Both the position numbers and the translations under genes were made by a program. Below the pieces are notes generated by a model. It saw only the letters and a program-made list of their open reading frames with translations, was not told the DNA's origin and ran no database searches. A DNA stretch of 63,861 bases, the filler included. It is 8 parts of 8 records of this genome, joined end to end, with 100 filler letters (N's around TTAATTAATTAA, not from the genome) between each part and the next. Parts side by side here need not be neighbours in the genome. Positions count along the whole stretch, not along the records: positions 12,585 to 18,153 come from SRR2962707_1201; positions 18,254 to 26,972 come from SRR2962707_1203; positions 27,073 to 33,912 come from SRR2962707_1206; 5 more parts are not named here. One strand, 5' to 3'. Below, piece by piece: positions 12,823 to 27,925 of this stretch (position 1 is the stretch's first letter; each line of letters opens with the position of its first letter).

Positions 12823-14162
12823 ATGTCTCTCTTTGCTGCTGCGCGCGTGGCTGCCTCGCGCACGTCTCGCCGTGTGTTCACGATGCAACAGCGCAATGCT
12901 TCCAAGATCGCCATGATCGGTTCTGGAAATTTCGGGTCTGCGCTGACGCGTATCTTGGGCTCCAACGCGCTCCGACACTCTGAGTTCGACGACGAAGTCA
13001 AGATGTGGGTGTTCGAAGAGCAAGTGAACGGCCGCAACCTCACGGACATCATCAACGAGGACCACGAGAACGTCAAGTACTTCCCCGGGGCCAAGTTTAC
13101 GCCCAACGTGCGCGCAGTGCCGGACTTGATCGAAGTTGTGAAGGACGCGGACCTGCTGGCCTTCTGCCTCCCGCACCAGTTCCTGTCGAAGATTCTCCCC
13201 GACATTGCTGCCAACGCCAAACCTGGCGTGATCGGGCTGTCGGCCATCAAGGGCATCGACTTCGACGAGAACGGCATCGTGCTGATTTCAGAGTCCATCC
13301 GCAATGCGGTCGGTTGCGACACCAGCATTCTCATGGGTGCCAACGTTGCCAAGGAAATGGGCCAGGACCAGTTCTGCGAAACAACCATTGGATACAGTAA
13401 CGCTGAAAACGGCGCCAAGTGGAAGCTGGTACGAGATAGAGCAGCGGCTTGATTTGTTGTCTTGAACTCACAGGTGTCTGTCTTCTTCTTCTGCGGCTGG
13501 TTGGTACTTACCGCACTGCGTGGATTGAACCTGCACTTGCTGCATAGGCGTTCAACCACCCGACGATGAACGTTGGCCTTGTTGAAGACACTGTTGGTGT
13601 TGAGCTCTGCGGAGCTTTGAAGAATATTGTTGCCATCGGCGCCGGCTTCTCGGACGGCCTTGGCTTCGGCGGCAACACCAAGGCTGCCCTTATGCGCATT
13701 GGTCTCAAGGAGATGGTCAAGTTCTGCAAGACCTTCTACACTGGCATCAGCGACGACACCTTCCTCGAGTCGTGTGGAGTGGCGGATCTTATCACGACCT
13801 GCTACGGTGGCCGCAACCGCTTGTGTGCTGAAGCTTTCGCCGCTGCCCAGAAGGAGGGCAAACCAAAGACTCTTGACCAAATCGAGGTGCGTACGCATTT
13901 TTATTTTTCGTGTGTCCGTGGGCGGCCGGTTGTCCGTCGTTCATGTTTAAACACCCAGTCTTACCCCTTTCGCATCGCGCTTGTGTAGGCTGAGATTTTG
14001 AATGGCCAAAGTCTTCAGGGCACCCTCACAGCCAAGGAAGTGAACCACATCCTGGCAGCCAAGGGCATGACGGACGAGTTCCCGTTCTTCACTCAGGTGT
14101 ACAACATTGCCTACGAAGGCCACCCGGTCGAAACAATTGCCACCACTGACTATGGAGTATAA
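12823..14162 (+). CDS. GPD1: NAD-dependent glycerol-3-phosphate dehydrogenase with an N-terminal extension (3 exons)
   Basis: [80 protein letters not shown]; two GT-AG introns; TAA at 14160-14162. Confidence 0.97.
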
Positions 14163-14319
14163 ATATCTCCACGGCCAAGAAACTCGACGAGATGCTCATA
14201 CACACGACGCAAGACTCCGCGCCTTTCCGTTCAAGTCAGGAGCGAGGTCTTAACTTAAGTGTATCTTAGTCGTTCCCAGCTTCCTGATTGGTTGATTGAT
14301 TTGTATTCGCGAACGAACG

Positions 14320-17816
<3,497 letters not shown>

Positions 17817-18153
17817 GGTGACGTGGTGCCTCCCAACAACCGGCACTTTAAGCAATCCGTTCAATCAAAGTCATGCTGCACAGTCCCCACCTCACTGGAA
17901 CTTGCGAACGGCAGTGGAGCAGGAGACTTTGTGCGATATTACGCCTTCAAGTTTTGAAAACAAAGTTGTTGTTGTTGTTGACGAAGCAGGCCCAACAACG
18001 CCAACCAATCCCCTCCAAACAAGAAGAAAGCGGAAAAGAACGCGACAACAAAATAAACAAAAATGAGAGCAGCACCCACGCTTTGTTTCACGATCCAAAC
18101 ACTCACGCTTGCGTGCCATCTGGGAGCAACAGCAGCAGCAGCAGCAGCAGCAG

Positions 18154-18253
18154 NNNNNNNNNNNNNNNNNNNNNNNNNNNNNNNNNNNNNNNNNNNNTTA
18201 ATTAATTAANNNNNNNNNNNNNNNNNNNNNNNNNNNNNNNNNNNNNNNNNNNN
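18154..18253. other. Artificial contig linker
   Basis: 44 N + TTAATTAATTAA + 44 N. Confidence 0.98.
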
Positions 18254-18591
18254 AGAGTATCAAGAGAGAGCGAGAGAGAGAGTTGGAAAACAACCCTTTT
18301 TACTTGCCGGCATAAAACAAGTGGAACCAAAGTCGCCGCCACCGCCGCCGCCACTGTCGGAGGCCAAGCAATCAATTCAATTGCACGGTTGTTCACTTGC
18401 CGCTTCGTTGACTGGCTGGCTGGCTACCCACGAGAAGTGCTGACTTCATTCAGTAGAAAGCTTGGGGAGCTTGACACGGCGCTGATTGGCGTAAGACGCA
18501 CTTCTGCTCGCTTTGCAGTTGCGCGTCGCCGAGCCCCTCCTTTTCCCAGGCCAAGGGCTGTTGCAGCTTTGTTGCGCGGAACTTTTTCTCG

Positions 18592-21500
18592 ATGGAAGTG
18601 GCGCCCGCCCATCCCAGTGCAGGCGGCAAGGCTGTCGTGAGATTGCGATCGATAGCATGCCACACAGTTTCTTCCGTCCGAGCGAATGACCGTAAAACAT
18701 TGCTGCAGTTGGTACCTTCCGTTGATGACCCACTTCTGGATACGGAGTGGGCTCGGCGCCACCTCGCTTGGATGGCAAAAAAAGACGCGTTAAATCAGGA
18801 TATGTTCCTTCTCGGGTCGCACGGCCCCTTACGTCGGCGCCTTGCGTTCAAGTTTTGCGAGTTGTCTCACCGTGAGTGTGAATACGTTGCATTGACCGCT
18901 GACACTTCAGAAGCAGACCTGAAATCGAGACGCGAGCTTCGGCGCACAAACGATCGCGACGGGCCTGGGGCTCTTGGCAGCTCTTTGTCGGTTGTTTGGG
19001 AAGACCAACCAGTTGTCCGAGCCGCTTTGTTGGGGCGCGTTTTAGTGCTTGAAGGACTTGAAAAAGCAGAACGCAACGTATTGCCAGTTTTGAACAACCT
19101 CCTCGAAAATCGGGAAATGCAGCTGGAGGACGGGCGCTTCCTCGTCGCTCCGAAGCGCTACGACGCCCTTGTGGCTCAACAGCTTGAGGAAGGCGGTGAC
19201 CGGCAAATGCACGGACTCGTTCGAGTCTCTGAAAAATTCCGCGTGATTGCCATTGGTGTACCTTCCCCTCCTTTCCCCGGCAATCCTTTGGACCCACCGT
19301 TGCGATCACGTTTCTCAGCCAGGCATGTAGCGCGGGCTCCGGCCCAAGATTTGGTGTTTGTGATTCGCACACACTTCGCACCTCATGTTCCACTTGCCAA
19401 GTTGCAGCGGCTTTTGGCATTTTTTGAAGCGATCTGGGCACTTGGAGAACAGCAAGGGGCATCCTCAGGTGCAGAAAGCAAGGCCATTGCATTTTCATCG
19501 CTTGTGTACCCATGCGAGCAGTCAATTTTTTCTGCATGCAAGCTGCTTGAAAGGCTTCCCAGCATTGGAGTCATGGACGCGCTTCACCGCGTTTTCCCGA
19601 GCCGCGTGGCTTCCGGCTTGCTGGACGGAGAAGCGCAATCACTTGTGTTGGCCGTCCTGGAATCAACTACGGAGGCTCTAGGGTCAGAGGAACAACTAGG
19701 GTTGCTGTTCCTTTCGTCAACCCCAATTGTCAGTGTAAAGGCCGCAACGGCAAACGACTTGCGTAGGTGTGGCGGTGCCATTGAAATCGACAAAAGCAAG
19801 GGGGTGGACCTTGGGCACGCAGCTCGCATGGTACAACTGCAATTTGCCTGCCAGCCGTCCGACACGCTGCGGATGACCACGACTGCTACGTCGGGAATCA
19901 GTCCACCTCGCCTGCCAGAAATCTCACGGTTACTTCCTGGACAGCGTCACGTCCTTGCTGGAATGCTTGCATCGGCTTCTATTGGAAGCGACGTGTGCCT
20001 GATTGCACCACGAGGCGAAGGGAAAACATTCATAGCACAAATATTTGGCGCAACTCTTGGATACGAAGCACAAATTGAAACCCTATTTTTGTTTGATGAC
20101 ATGTCCGCACGCGATTTATTCACTCGACGCTCAACTAACTCTCACGGGGAATCAACGTGGCAACCAACACCACTTACCACCGCAATGCTCCATGGCCACC
20201 TCTGTGTACTGGACGGTCTGCATCGGCTCCGTGCGTCTTCTTTGAGCGTTTTGGCACGACTTCTTCAGGACCGTGAGTGTCAGTCACCCGACGGCACCAG
20301 ATGGATATCGCCGCAACGATGGCAGCGATTGACGACGATGCATGGGCTTACAGAATCATATTTGCTCAGTCAGGGCTTGAGGCGGGTTCACCCGGCGTTC
20401 CGCGTCGTAGGATTGGCAATCCCGCGCGCTGCAAAGAACCGAAAGTGGTTGTCGAATGAGGTTTTGCAGCTTTTTCATTTCTTTGTGATGTCGTGTGTCA
20501 GCGAAGTTATTGATTTCGCTCCGCTTGTGCAGGCGACTGTACCCAAGTGCCCAGCGTCCATTGTTGCTTCCTTAGTGCGCGTTCGTAGACTATTGCGCGC
20601 GGCCGCTGTCGACCGAGGTTCGCCTTTGTGGGTAGGATCTGATGACCAAACTCACCCTGAACAATTCATGGATCACGAGCGAGATTTTCTTAAGATTCCG
20701 GATGCAGATTTGGACGGTGATTCCCTGTGGAATCCCTCGTTGCCGCCAGGCGCAGAACCCATCTCATTATCGTTACGCTCAATTCTGCGCGCAGCACGGC
20801 GGGCAGCAACTGCCCCGGCAAATGCAAATGTAAGCCGTGATGTTGGAACAAGCGTCGAAGCAGCACTTATGGCTGAATTCATGCCCGTACCGGAGCGCGC
20901 GGCAGTTCGTGCGATTATCAAAACCGCGGGTCTCGAACTTGAATCTAGAAATTTGAGGGTGTCCGCTGCGCAAAACATCCGCATCGATGAGGCCACTTTT
21001 CGAAACTCTGAACAATGTGAACTCTGCATTGGCAGTGAGCTGCTCGGGCATGTTCGACTCGTTCTTTCTCCGCCCACTACTCCGTCACTAGTACCGGACA
21101 CTGTTTTTTTTGACATTCCTCAAGCAAAGCTGGTGCTGATGGAAATGTTGCGCGATGTATTGAGCGGAGAGCACATGCTGCTCATGGGTAATCAGGGTGT
21201 CGGCAAAAACAAAATAACTGACAAGCTGTTAATGTTGATGCATCGTGAACGTGAATATGTTCAACTGCATAGGGACACGACTGTCGGAAGTCTGACGTTG
21301 TTACCATCCTTGCGGAACGGGGTGGTTTCATTTGAAGACTCGCCGCTTGTCAAAGCCATGCGCCATGGGCGCGTCCTTGTCATTGACGAATTTGACAAGG
21401 CTCCCACAGAAGTAGTGATTGTGTTGAAGGCGCTTCTGGAGGACGGCGATATTCTACTCGGCGACGGCCGTCGTTTTGTATGTGAAAGCCACCCAATGGC

Positions 21501-24500
21501 TTGCCATGGCCAAGTTGACTCGCTGCACGGAATCAACCTCATTCACCCTGACTTTCTCGTGATAGCCCTTGCAAATCGACCTGGATTTCCTTTCTTGGGC
21601 AATGATTTTTTCCGCGAAATGGGTGATAGCTTTGCTTGTCACGCGGTCCAGAACCCCGATGTGCGATCTGAAATGAACCTGCTGCAACGCTACGCCCCGC
21701 AGCTGTCACGAAAGCTGTTAGGCATGCTGTGTGCTTCATTTTCTGAACTTCGCGAGGCGACAGATGCAGGAAAACTGTCGTATCCATATTCGACACGTGA
21801 GCTTGTTGCGATTGTACGTCATCTGGCTGCCTATCCACAAGACAGCATTGGTTCGGTCTTGGAGAATGTATTCGCATTTGATGTGTACGACCAGCAGCTC
21901 CGAGATTTCATTTTTGGCGTATTTTCAAAGCATGGCGTCCCATTGGCCGACGCTGCTGTGTCCGGGCAAACAAAATCTCCAATTTTACTCGCACAGAGCA
22001 TGCCACTCCCACCGCCGCGCAAAATTGCCAATATTTTGACGCCACAAGCAATGAATAGCATTACAATGAACCCAACGAGCAGCTTACATTCGACTTTTTA
22101 TTCAGCGACATCATTTGAAGCTGGCCCGTTTGTTGTGAACTTCGATCGTGATGGTAGCGGCCCAGCTTGGGTTGCTTCTTGGCGGGCTGTTTCACCCGAG
22201 AGTGCCGAGGCAAGCGGTGGCGTTGAAGACTCACTTTTGCAAGGGCGGCCTGGTGCCGAATGGGCTCCACTAGCATGGCACTCCGCCCGTGCACACAGCT
22301 TCTCTGAAGAGGAATTATGGTTCAGAATCGCGTGCGTAACACGGGATGGGGTAATGATCGAAGGTTCCGACCCACAACAAGGATCGTGGCTGGGCGACAT
22401 GGTTGGATTTCAAGCTGCTCAAGACTGCATCTGTATCCTGACGACGATGCAGTGCTTGTACGTGGTAGATATAAAAAACATGAAGTCCCGGAAGCTGCCC
22501 ATTGCAGTTGCAGCCGGCGGTAGTTTAATGAACCGTGCAAAGTACGCCGCTGGGTCAACTTTGGTGGCTTTTGAGGACTCTTTGTTGACATACGACCAAC
22601 ATAATGAAGTGCTTATTCGAATGTGGCCTGCGCTTGGCCGAATTTCAACACTTTCCTTGTGTCGCCCAGCATCTGGGCTAACAACAAATGCCTGCGTATG
22701 CGCAGGGCTCATGACGGGATTCCAACCCCTATTGGTGCTGTTTGCCGAGGGCGGTTTCGAAGTAATGCTTGTTCACGCCTCTCAAGACCAATTGGGGAAG
22801 GCAAGATGCCGAAGACTCACGTTGTCAGAAGCAGTTGTAGGCAGGCAGGGAATCAAAAGTGTTGCATGCGTGTCGTCCTCCCAGCTCGGGATAATCACCT
22901 GCGAAGGCCAAATTGTGGAATTGGAATTCAGTGGTATGCCGCTCTGCGATGATACACATTGTAATGTGCGAAGTATTGGCAAATTGCCCGAGGTAAATGC
23001 AGAGTTTGTGCACATTGCAAGTCCCCCGGAGTTGCCTCACCACCACGTGCAGCGATGTGAGTTTATTGCAACTTTTGCATTGCGCGAAGCCGCAGGGTTG
23101 GCGGTTTTTGCATTTGAACGACCCGAAGACTTTCCTCACGCTGCTACCGTGCGGAACCGTGGACTAAAGCCGGTTGTTGGATGGCATGCTCCGTCGCATT
23201 CAGTGATCAATGTCTTTTCAGATTCGACTTCCACGTGGACGGATAGCCGAGGGAAAGAACTCACTAGCAGCAAAATTTCCGTTGCAAATGGGCAGGTTTT
23301 TGTTGAAATTGTCGATCCGCTAGCGCCACAGGTACGCCTTGTCGTTTTGACGGAGTTCCCAGGGAAATTCACGGGAGGGAAAGGAACAGGGGGTGATCTC
23401 ACTGCTAGAGCACTGCTCTTGACAGATGCGCAAAAACAGCGTGATGCAGCAAAGCAAGAGACGAGGCTTGGCATGGCCGCGTGTGTTGCTCTTTGTACCC
23501 TGCAAGATGGCCGCTTGGGGCTCCTCTTTGCAGATGGGCACGTTCGAATACTGGAGGTGCGCCCAGAGAAACTGGCTGCCGACAAATCACAGTGCGGTTT
23601 CTTTGATGATGCAGCACCGCCGCCAAGCACTGGCTTAGCCCCATCGCGGCATATTGGTGATGCAGCAACCAATACCGACGCCGATGGGGACGGCGATGGC
23701 GACGGTGACGGCATTGGCACGGGAAGCAGTAGTAACAAAGAAAGACATACGACGAACATCCTTCATCAGATGCGAAAACAATCGGCTTCGGATGCGCAGA
23801 GTGTCCTCCGGCGGGCGCGCGAGCTCGTTGCTCGCGCGTCTACAGGTGCTCGCGTCGAACTCGACCTCAATGACCTGGAGGTGGCCACATACGACGAGAT
23901 ATACGAGTCTGTTGAACCGCTTATTTCACAGCTTCGCGTTGTTCTGCAGTCGGTTGAAGCCAAGGAAAAGGAGCGCGTTTGGCTGCGCAACAAGACAAGC
24001 GGGGAGATGGATGATTCTCGTCTCGTTGACTTGGCCATCGGCGAGAAAAATGTTTTCAAGCAGCGCGGGATCCGGGACGAATCAGTTCTACGACAGCGAC
24101 TGCCCAAGCGACTAAGCTTTGTCGTGGACGTATCAGGATCAATGGCCTACTTTAACAGCGATCTTCGCCTTGATCGACTGTGTGCTACAGTTGTTATGCT
24201 GATGGAAGCCCTTGTCGGCCTAGAGCACAAGTACACGTACGAAATAGCTGGGCACTCCGGGGAAACGCATCATCTCCCACTCGTGGATTTCGACGTCCCG
24301 CCACGCAGTAGAAAGGAGCGACTGGCTGTTGTGCAGTCCATGGTTGCGCACGCAGCAGTGTGTCAAAGCGGCGACAACACTTTGGCAGCCGCGACAAGGG
24401 CAGTTCGTGATGTTCGATCCAGCGAGGCCGACGACTACTTTGTTTTCTTGGTATCCGACGCCAACCTGGAAGGCTACGGAGTCACCAGCTCAAGTCTCGC

Positions 24501-24684
24501 GTCTGCCTTGCTGGCAGACTCGGACGTCAACGCCTACGCTATTTTCATTGCCGAACCAGAAGTCGCTGAAGAGATGGCCGAACGAATGCCAGCCGGCCGT
24601 GCACACTTGGTACTTGAAAATGATGGCATGCCCCTACTATTGAAAGACATATTCTCTCGGGCGCTTTTGCGAAGTAGGCTGTAA
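18592..24684 (+). CDS. VWA8: VWA8-like AAA+ ATPase with C-terminal von Willebrand A domain, intronless, 2030 aa
   Basis: KDALNQDMFLLGSHGPLRR, EGLEKAERNVLPVLNNLLENREM, GNPLDPPLRSRF, Walker A motifs PRGEGKT and GNQGVGKNKI, YVQLHRDTTV, NRPGFPFLGNDFF, YPYSTRE, MIDAS DVSGSM, VSDANLEGYG. Confidence 0.93.
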   Translation: MEVAPAHPSAGGKAVVRLRSIACHTVSSVRANDRKTLLQLVPSVDDPLLDTEWARRHLAWMAKKDALNQDMFLLGSHGPLRRRLAFKFCELSHRECEYVALTADTSEADLKSRRELRRTNDRDGPGALGSSLSVVWEDQPVVRAALLGRVLVLEGLEKAERNVLPVLNNLLENREMQLEDGRFLVAPKRYDALVAQQLEEGGDRQMHGLVRVSEKFRVIAIGVPSPPFPGNPLDPPLRSRFSARHVARAPAQDLVFVIRTHFAPHVPLAKLQRLLAFFEAIWALGEQQGASSGAESKAIAFSSLVYPCEQSIFSACKLLERLPSIGVMDALHRVFPSRVASGLLDGEAQSLVLAVLESTTEALGSEEQLGLLFLSSTPIVSVKAATANDLRRCGGAIEIDKSKGVDLGHAARMVQLQFACQPSDTLRMTTTATSGISPPRLPEISRLLPGQRHVLAGMLASASIGSDVCLIAPRGEGKTFIAQIFGATLGYEAQIETLFLFDDMSARDLFTRRSTNSHGESTWQPTPLTTAMLHGHLCVLDGLHRLRASSLSVLARLLQDRECQSPDGTRWISPQRWQRLTTMHGLTESYLLSQGLRRVHPAFRVVGLAIPRAAKNRKWLSNEVLQLFHFFVMSCVSEVIDFAPLVQATVPKCPASIVASLVRVRRLLRAAAVDRGSPLWVGSDDQTHPEQFMDHERDFLKIPDADLDGDSLWNPSLPPGAEPISLSLRSILRAARRAATAPANANVSRDVGTSVEAALMAEFMPVPERAAVRAIIKTAGLELESRNLRVSAAQNIRIDEATFRNSEQCELCIGSELLGHVRLVLSPPTTPSLVPDTVFFDIPQAKLVLMEMLRDVLSGEHMLLMGNQGVGKNKITDKLLMLMHREREYVQLHRDTTVGSLTLLPSLRNGVVSFEDSPLVKAMRHGRVLVIDEFDKAPTEVVIVLKALLEDGDILLGDGRRFVCESHPMACHGQVDSLHGINLIHPDFLVIALANRPGFPFLGNDFFREMGDSFACHAVQNPDVRSEMNLLQRYAPQLSRKLLGMLCASFSELREATDAGKLSYPYSTRELVAIVRHLAAYPQDSIGSVLENVFAFDVYDQQLRDFIFGVFSKHGVPLADAAVSGQTKSPILLAQSMPLPPPRKIANILTPQAMNSITMNPTSSLHSTFYSATSFEAGPFVVNFDRDGSGPAWVASWRAVSPESAEASGGVEDSLLQGRPGAEWAPLAWHSARAHSFSEEELWFRIACVTRDGVMIEGSDPQQGSWLGDMVGFQAAQDCICILTTMQCLYVVDIKNMKSRKLPIAVAAGGSLMNRAKYAAGSTLVAFEDSLLTYDQHNEVLIRMWPALGRISTLSLCRPASGLTTNACVCAGLMTGFQPLLVLFAEGGFEVMLVHASQDQLGKARCRRLTLSEAVVGRQGIKSVACVSSSQLGIITCEGQIVELEFSGMPLCDDTHCNVRSIGKLPEVNAEFVHIASPPELPHHHVQRCEFIATFALREAAGLAVFAFERPEDFPHAATVRNRGLKPVVGWHAPSHSVINVFSDSTSTWTDSRGKELTSSKISVANGQVFVEIVDPLAPQVRLVVLTEFPGKFTGGKGTGGDLTARALLLTDAQKQRDAAKQETRLGMAACVALCTLQDGRLGLLFADGHVRILEVRPEKLAADKSQCGFFDDAAPPPSTGLAPSRHIGDAATNTDADGDGDGDGDGIGTGSSSNKERHTTNILHQMRKQSASDAQSVLRRARELVARASTGARVELDLNDLEVATYDEIYESVEPLISQLRVVLQSVEAKEKERVWLRNKTSGEMDDSRLVDLAIGEKNVFKQRGIRDESVLRQRLPKRLSFVVDVSGSMAYFNSDLRLDRLCATVVMLMEALVGLEHKYTYEIAGHSGETHHLPLVDFDVPPRSRKERLAVVQSMVAHAAVCQSGDNTLAAATRAVRDVRSSEADDYFVFLVSDANLEGYGVTSSSLASALLADSDVNAYAIFIAEPEVAEEMAERMPAGRAHLVLENDGMPLLLKDIFSRALLRSRL

Positions 24685-24774
24685 TACATTGTGACATGAG
24701 TAAACCCACACAGTAGTGAAAACAAAGGAGCTCCGAGTTTTTCTTTTAAATTTGGCAAAAAGCGAATACAGCAA

Positions 24775-26478
24775 CTATGAGACTTTCTTCGCCGCCAACG
24801 CTTTGTCGATACAGGCTTTCGCCTCTTTCTGGAACGCCCAATACTTCTTGTCGGTTCCGTGAAGGCCGTCGAGCCAGCCCATCAGCCCAAAGTTCCTGCA
24901 AAAATGACACAATGCAGCGTCAGTGAGCGTCAGCCAATAACATCAATGCATTTGTTTTTCTTTCTCTCCTCTTATTTCTGTCGAAGTCGACGCAGAGCAA
25001 GTTCAGGCAACCGCAACACATTCAATTCAACCAAGACCACATGAAGAGGACAATGCGCGCAAACGAACGAGTTGAACTCCTTGTGGTGGAAGTCGTGGTA
25101 ATCACTGCAACGAGTGCGCGCAAGGATGCAGGTCAGAGTAAGCATTCTAAGGCAACAGTGGACCGATCAGGCACGATCAAACTGCACAGCACGCAGGAAC
25201 GACGCGACACGTACGGTTGCTGGTCAAATGGGAACGTGTATGGCCATCGGTAGCCGCTGTGGTGTGTCTGTGTGCCAGCCATTGCTGTGCACGCCCACAC
25301 AAAGGCAGTGAAATAGTTGACACGGAACAGGAGAAGGCCTGAAAGGTCGATGCGCACATGGGTAGGCATTGTCACCGGACACGATCACTCATCACAGCAT
25401 CAGTGCATGTTCGGCGTCACTGGGTTGCGGAACTTGCCAGCGCCAAGTGGGAGCACGTTGCAAAGCACCATTTCAATTGGATGAGCATACGCTGCAACAA
25501 TTCCGCACGGGTATCTGTGGTCGCACAGCGCACAAACGGGTCGAATCACGAGGGAGAAAAAAAAATGCAGCTCCGGCAAAACCCTGCACTCAACCACGCG
25601 TGGCAGTATGTCGTAGCGACGCACTGAAATTCGTGGTGAATTTTGTGGACTTTGATATACAGCCACTTGCTTTCATGGAAGAGTCGGTGCCCATAATAGA
25701 AAAGGATCTCGTCCACAATCACCACTAGCATAATATCAATCGCCATCTCCCAGCCATTGGGAAGAACGCCATCTGTGTCGCGCATGCTAAAACCACGGGG
25801 CACGAGCCAGCCAGCAAGATACGCAAAGGGAAGAAGAATGCAGACTTGACCTGCGAAACAGAAGCACAATTGTGCATGAGTTGGGTTGCATTGCAGGGGA
25901 GGGAAAACTGCAGTACGTGGGCAGGCACAATCTTGAACGAACCAATCACCAGGTTTTTGACGACGTGCAGAACGCGTAGCTCTCCGGATCGATGCTCGGG
26001 GCCATCCAACACCACGTTCAAAAATTTACCCTTCTGAACTTTGTACTGCGCTCGGAATTCATCGATTCGCCTCTGAAGCTGAGCATTGGGCCACTTCAGC
26101 TCAAGCAGGAGTAAGAAGAGGCCGTTGACCCAGTAAACCAACGAGGGCATGACGCCCGCTGTGATGAAAATAAACATCTCCGGGGACATTGCTCGCACGT
26201 ACGATTGCCACACTTGCTGAAACGTCTCGCTGTGAAGTGCAACACTAGACACGCCGCATGTCAACAAAGGATGGATGAGTGTGGCACGCAAAACAAACCT
26301 CAGCAACGCACACACACACGCGGACGCACGCACGCACGCACGCACGCGCACGCGCACGCACACACACTATGTGCGGCACCACTTACGCAACGCTAAGATG
26401 TGGCACCATCAGCCACGGGTGTGGGCTAGTCGTCATGGTCAGAAGCACGACGACAAATAGAGAACCAAGCGCGTCCAT
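24775..26478 (-). CDS. Fatty acid hydroxylase / sterol desaturase family membrane protein (FAXDC2-like, about 7 exons)
   Basis: His boxes after splicing: FYYGHRLFH, KVHKIHHEF, AAYAHPIE, THHSGY, YHDFHHKEFNSNFG, WLDGLHGTD; hydrophobic segments present. Confidence 0.9.
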
Positions 26479-26972
26479 CGTTCCATCCTCGTGCGCCTTG
26501 GGGAAGGTGGACTGTGAAAAGTTGGTCACAGATTCGACAAAGGAGTTGTAAATCATTTTTGCTTGCTTGGTGCAAAGCAGTCAGTAGCTGCGGAATCCAG
26601 ACTTGGCACGACGGAAGAAGAAAGAAGCGGCCCAGGGATGCCCTTTGCGACGCGGGACTGGCGTGCCGGCGTGGGGAAATTGTGGGAGTAGGACACGGTG
26701 GTGGGCACACGAAAACGAAAAAACAAAAGAAGAAGAAGCAGAACAAGAACAAGAACAAGAAGAACGAAAAGGTACCAGATGATACTGGGGTACCGCCGCA
26801 AGCCCGCAAGAAGTTCGTTCACTGACAATGACTGTGGGGATAGAGTGTGTCTTTTGCTTTTATCTTCTTCTTCCTCTTCTGCATGCGAGCGATGGTAGTC
26901 AGCACCAGCGCACACGGAGTGTGTGGTGGTGGTTGAAGCTGTGTGGTAGTGGTGGTGGTGGTGGTGGTGGTG

Positions 26973-27072
26973 NNNNNNNNNNNNNNNNNNNNNNNNNNNN
27001 NNNNNNNNNNNNNNNNTTAATTAATTAANNNNNNNNNNNNNNNNNNNNNNNNNNNNNNNNNNNNNNNNNNNN
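26973..27072. other. Artificial contig linker
   Basis: 44 N + TTAATTAATTAA + 44 N. Confidence 0.98.
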
Positions 27073-27925
27073 GAGGTTGTGTATCCAAAGTTGTTAATAA
27101 TAATATCTTACTTGGCAAAGACAATGCCGACAGTTCCACTCAGTTGCCCATTCATTCATTCATTCATTCACACCGGACCAGACAGTCATGAAGGCTGGTG
27201 CCCTCCCCATTCGTCATCCGGAAAAACCCGCACCCCGTGTGACCCCTGTAGCAATTTGAGACCGTACTTTTCATGTTTTTCGAACTTAACTCCACGCACC
27301 CTCAAGACCTGGCATACACACAAGGGCCAGCAACACGAGTTAGCAAATCAAGTTGTGCAACAGGATGGATGTTTGGACTCGCGAGTGCAGTTGTACATAT
27401 TTTTTTTGCCCTGGACTCCGTCAGTGATGCATTTTGTGTAGTGGCGCATTCACTGCGCGGACCAGTAAGACGCGTGCGTTATGGTGGCAGCTCGGAGCTC
27501 GGGACCAACAGTGTGGCAACTGAGGGCCATTAAAACTCGCAAATTGGACAGCGTTTATGTATTTGTCTGTAGGCACCTGGCTAAATGGCCCAGATTGTAG
27601 GAGCACGAAAGACACACAGACATGGCGACACGCACGCACGCACGCACGCGCAGACACGTACGCAGGATTGCCAACGCATCATCATCTGCAATTTTTCGGA
27701 TTTCTGCTGAGGCACTGCAAAACCGTGGAACTTCCAGCAGACATCCGAAGAAATGTGGTGGATAACAAGCAAGCAAAATTTAGTGCAAATACAATGGAAT
27801 CCAAATTTGTAAATCTTATATTATCAACTTGCTGCACAGGAAAAACGTCACGCCCGACTGCACGGGCAAATGCGGTGCGCTGCGACGAGCTTCTTGCCCC
27901 TCGGCCTTGCTTCAATTTTTACAGT

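Noticed and set aside
12537-13898. 453-aa antisense ORF over GPD1 and many other overlapping ORFs
   Set aside because: Shadow ORFs expected from GC-rich codon bias; no recognisable motifs, and this one runs into the N linker.
27073-27900. Possible small spliced gene fragment next to the repeat protein
   Set aside because: Splice-like signals are present, but I could not build a consistent frame or recognise a motif on either strand.
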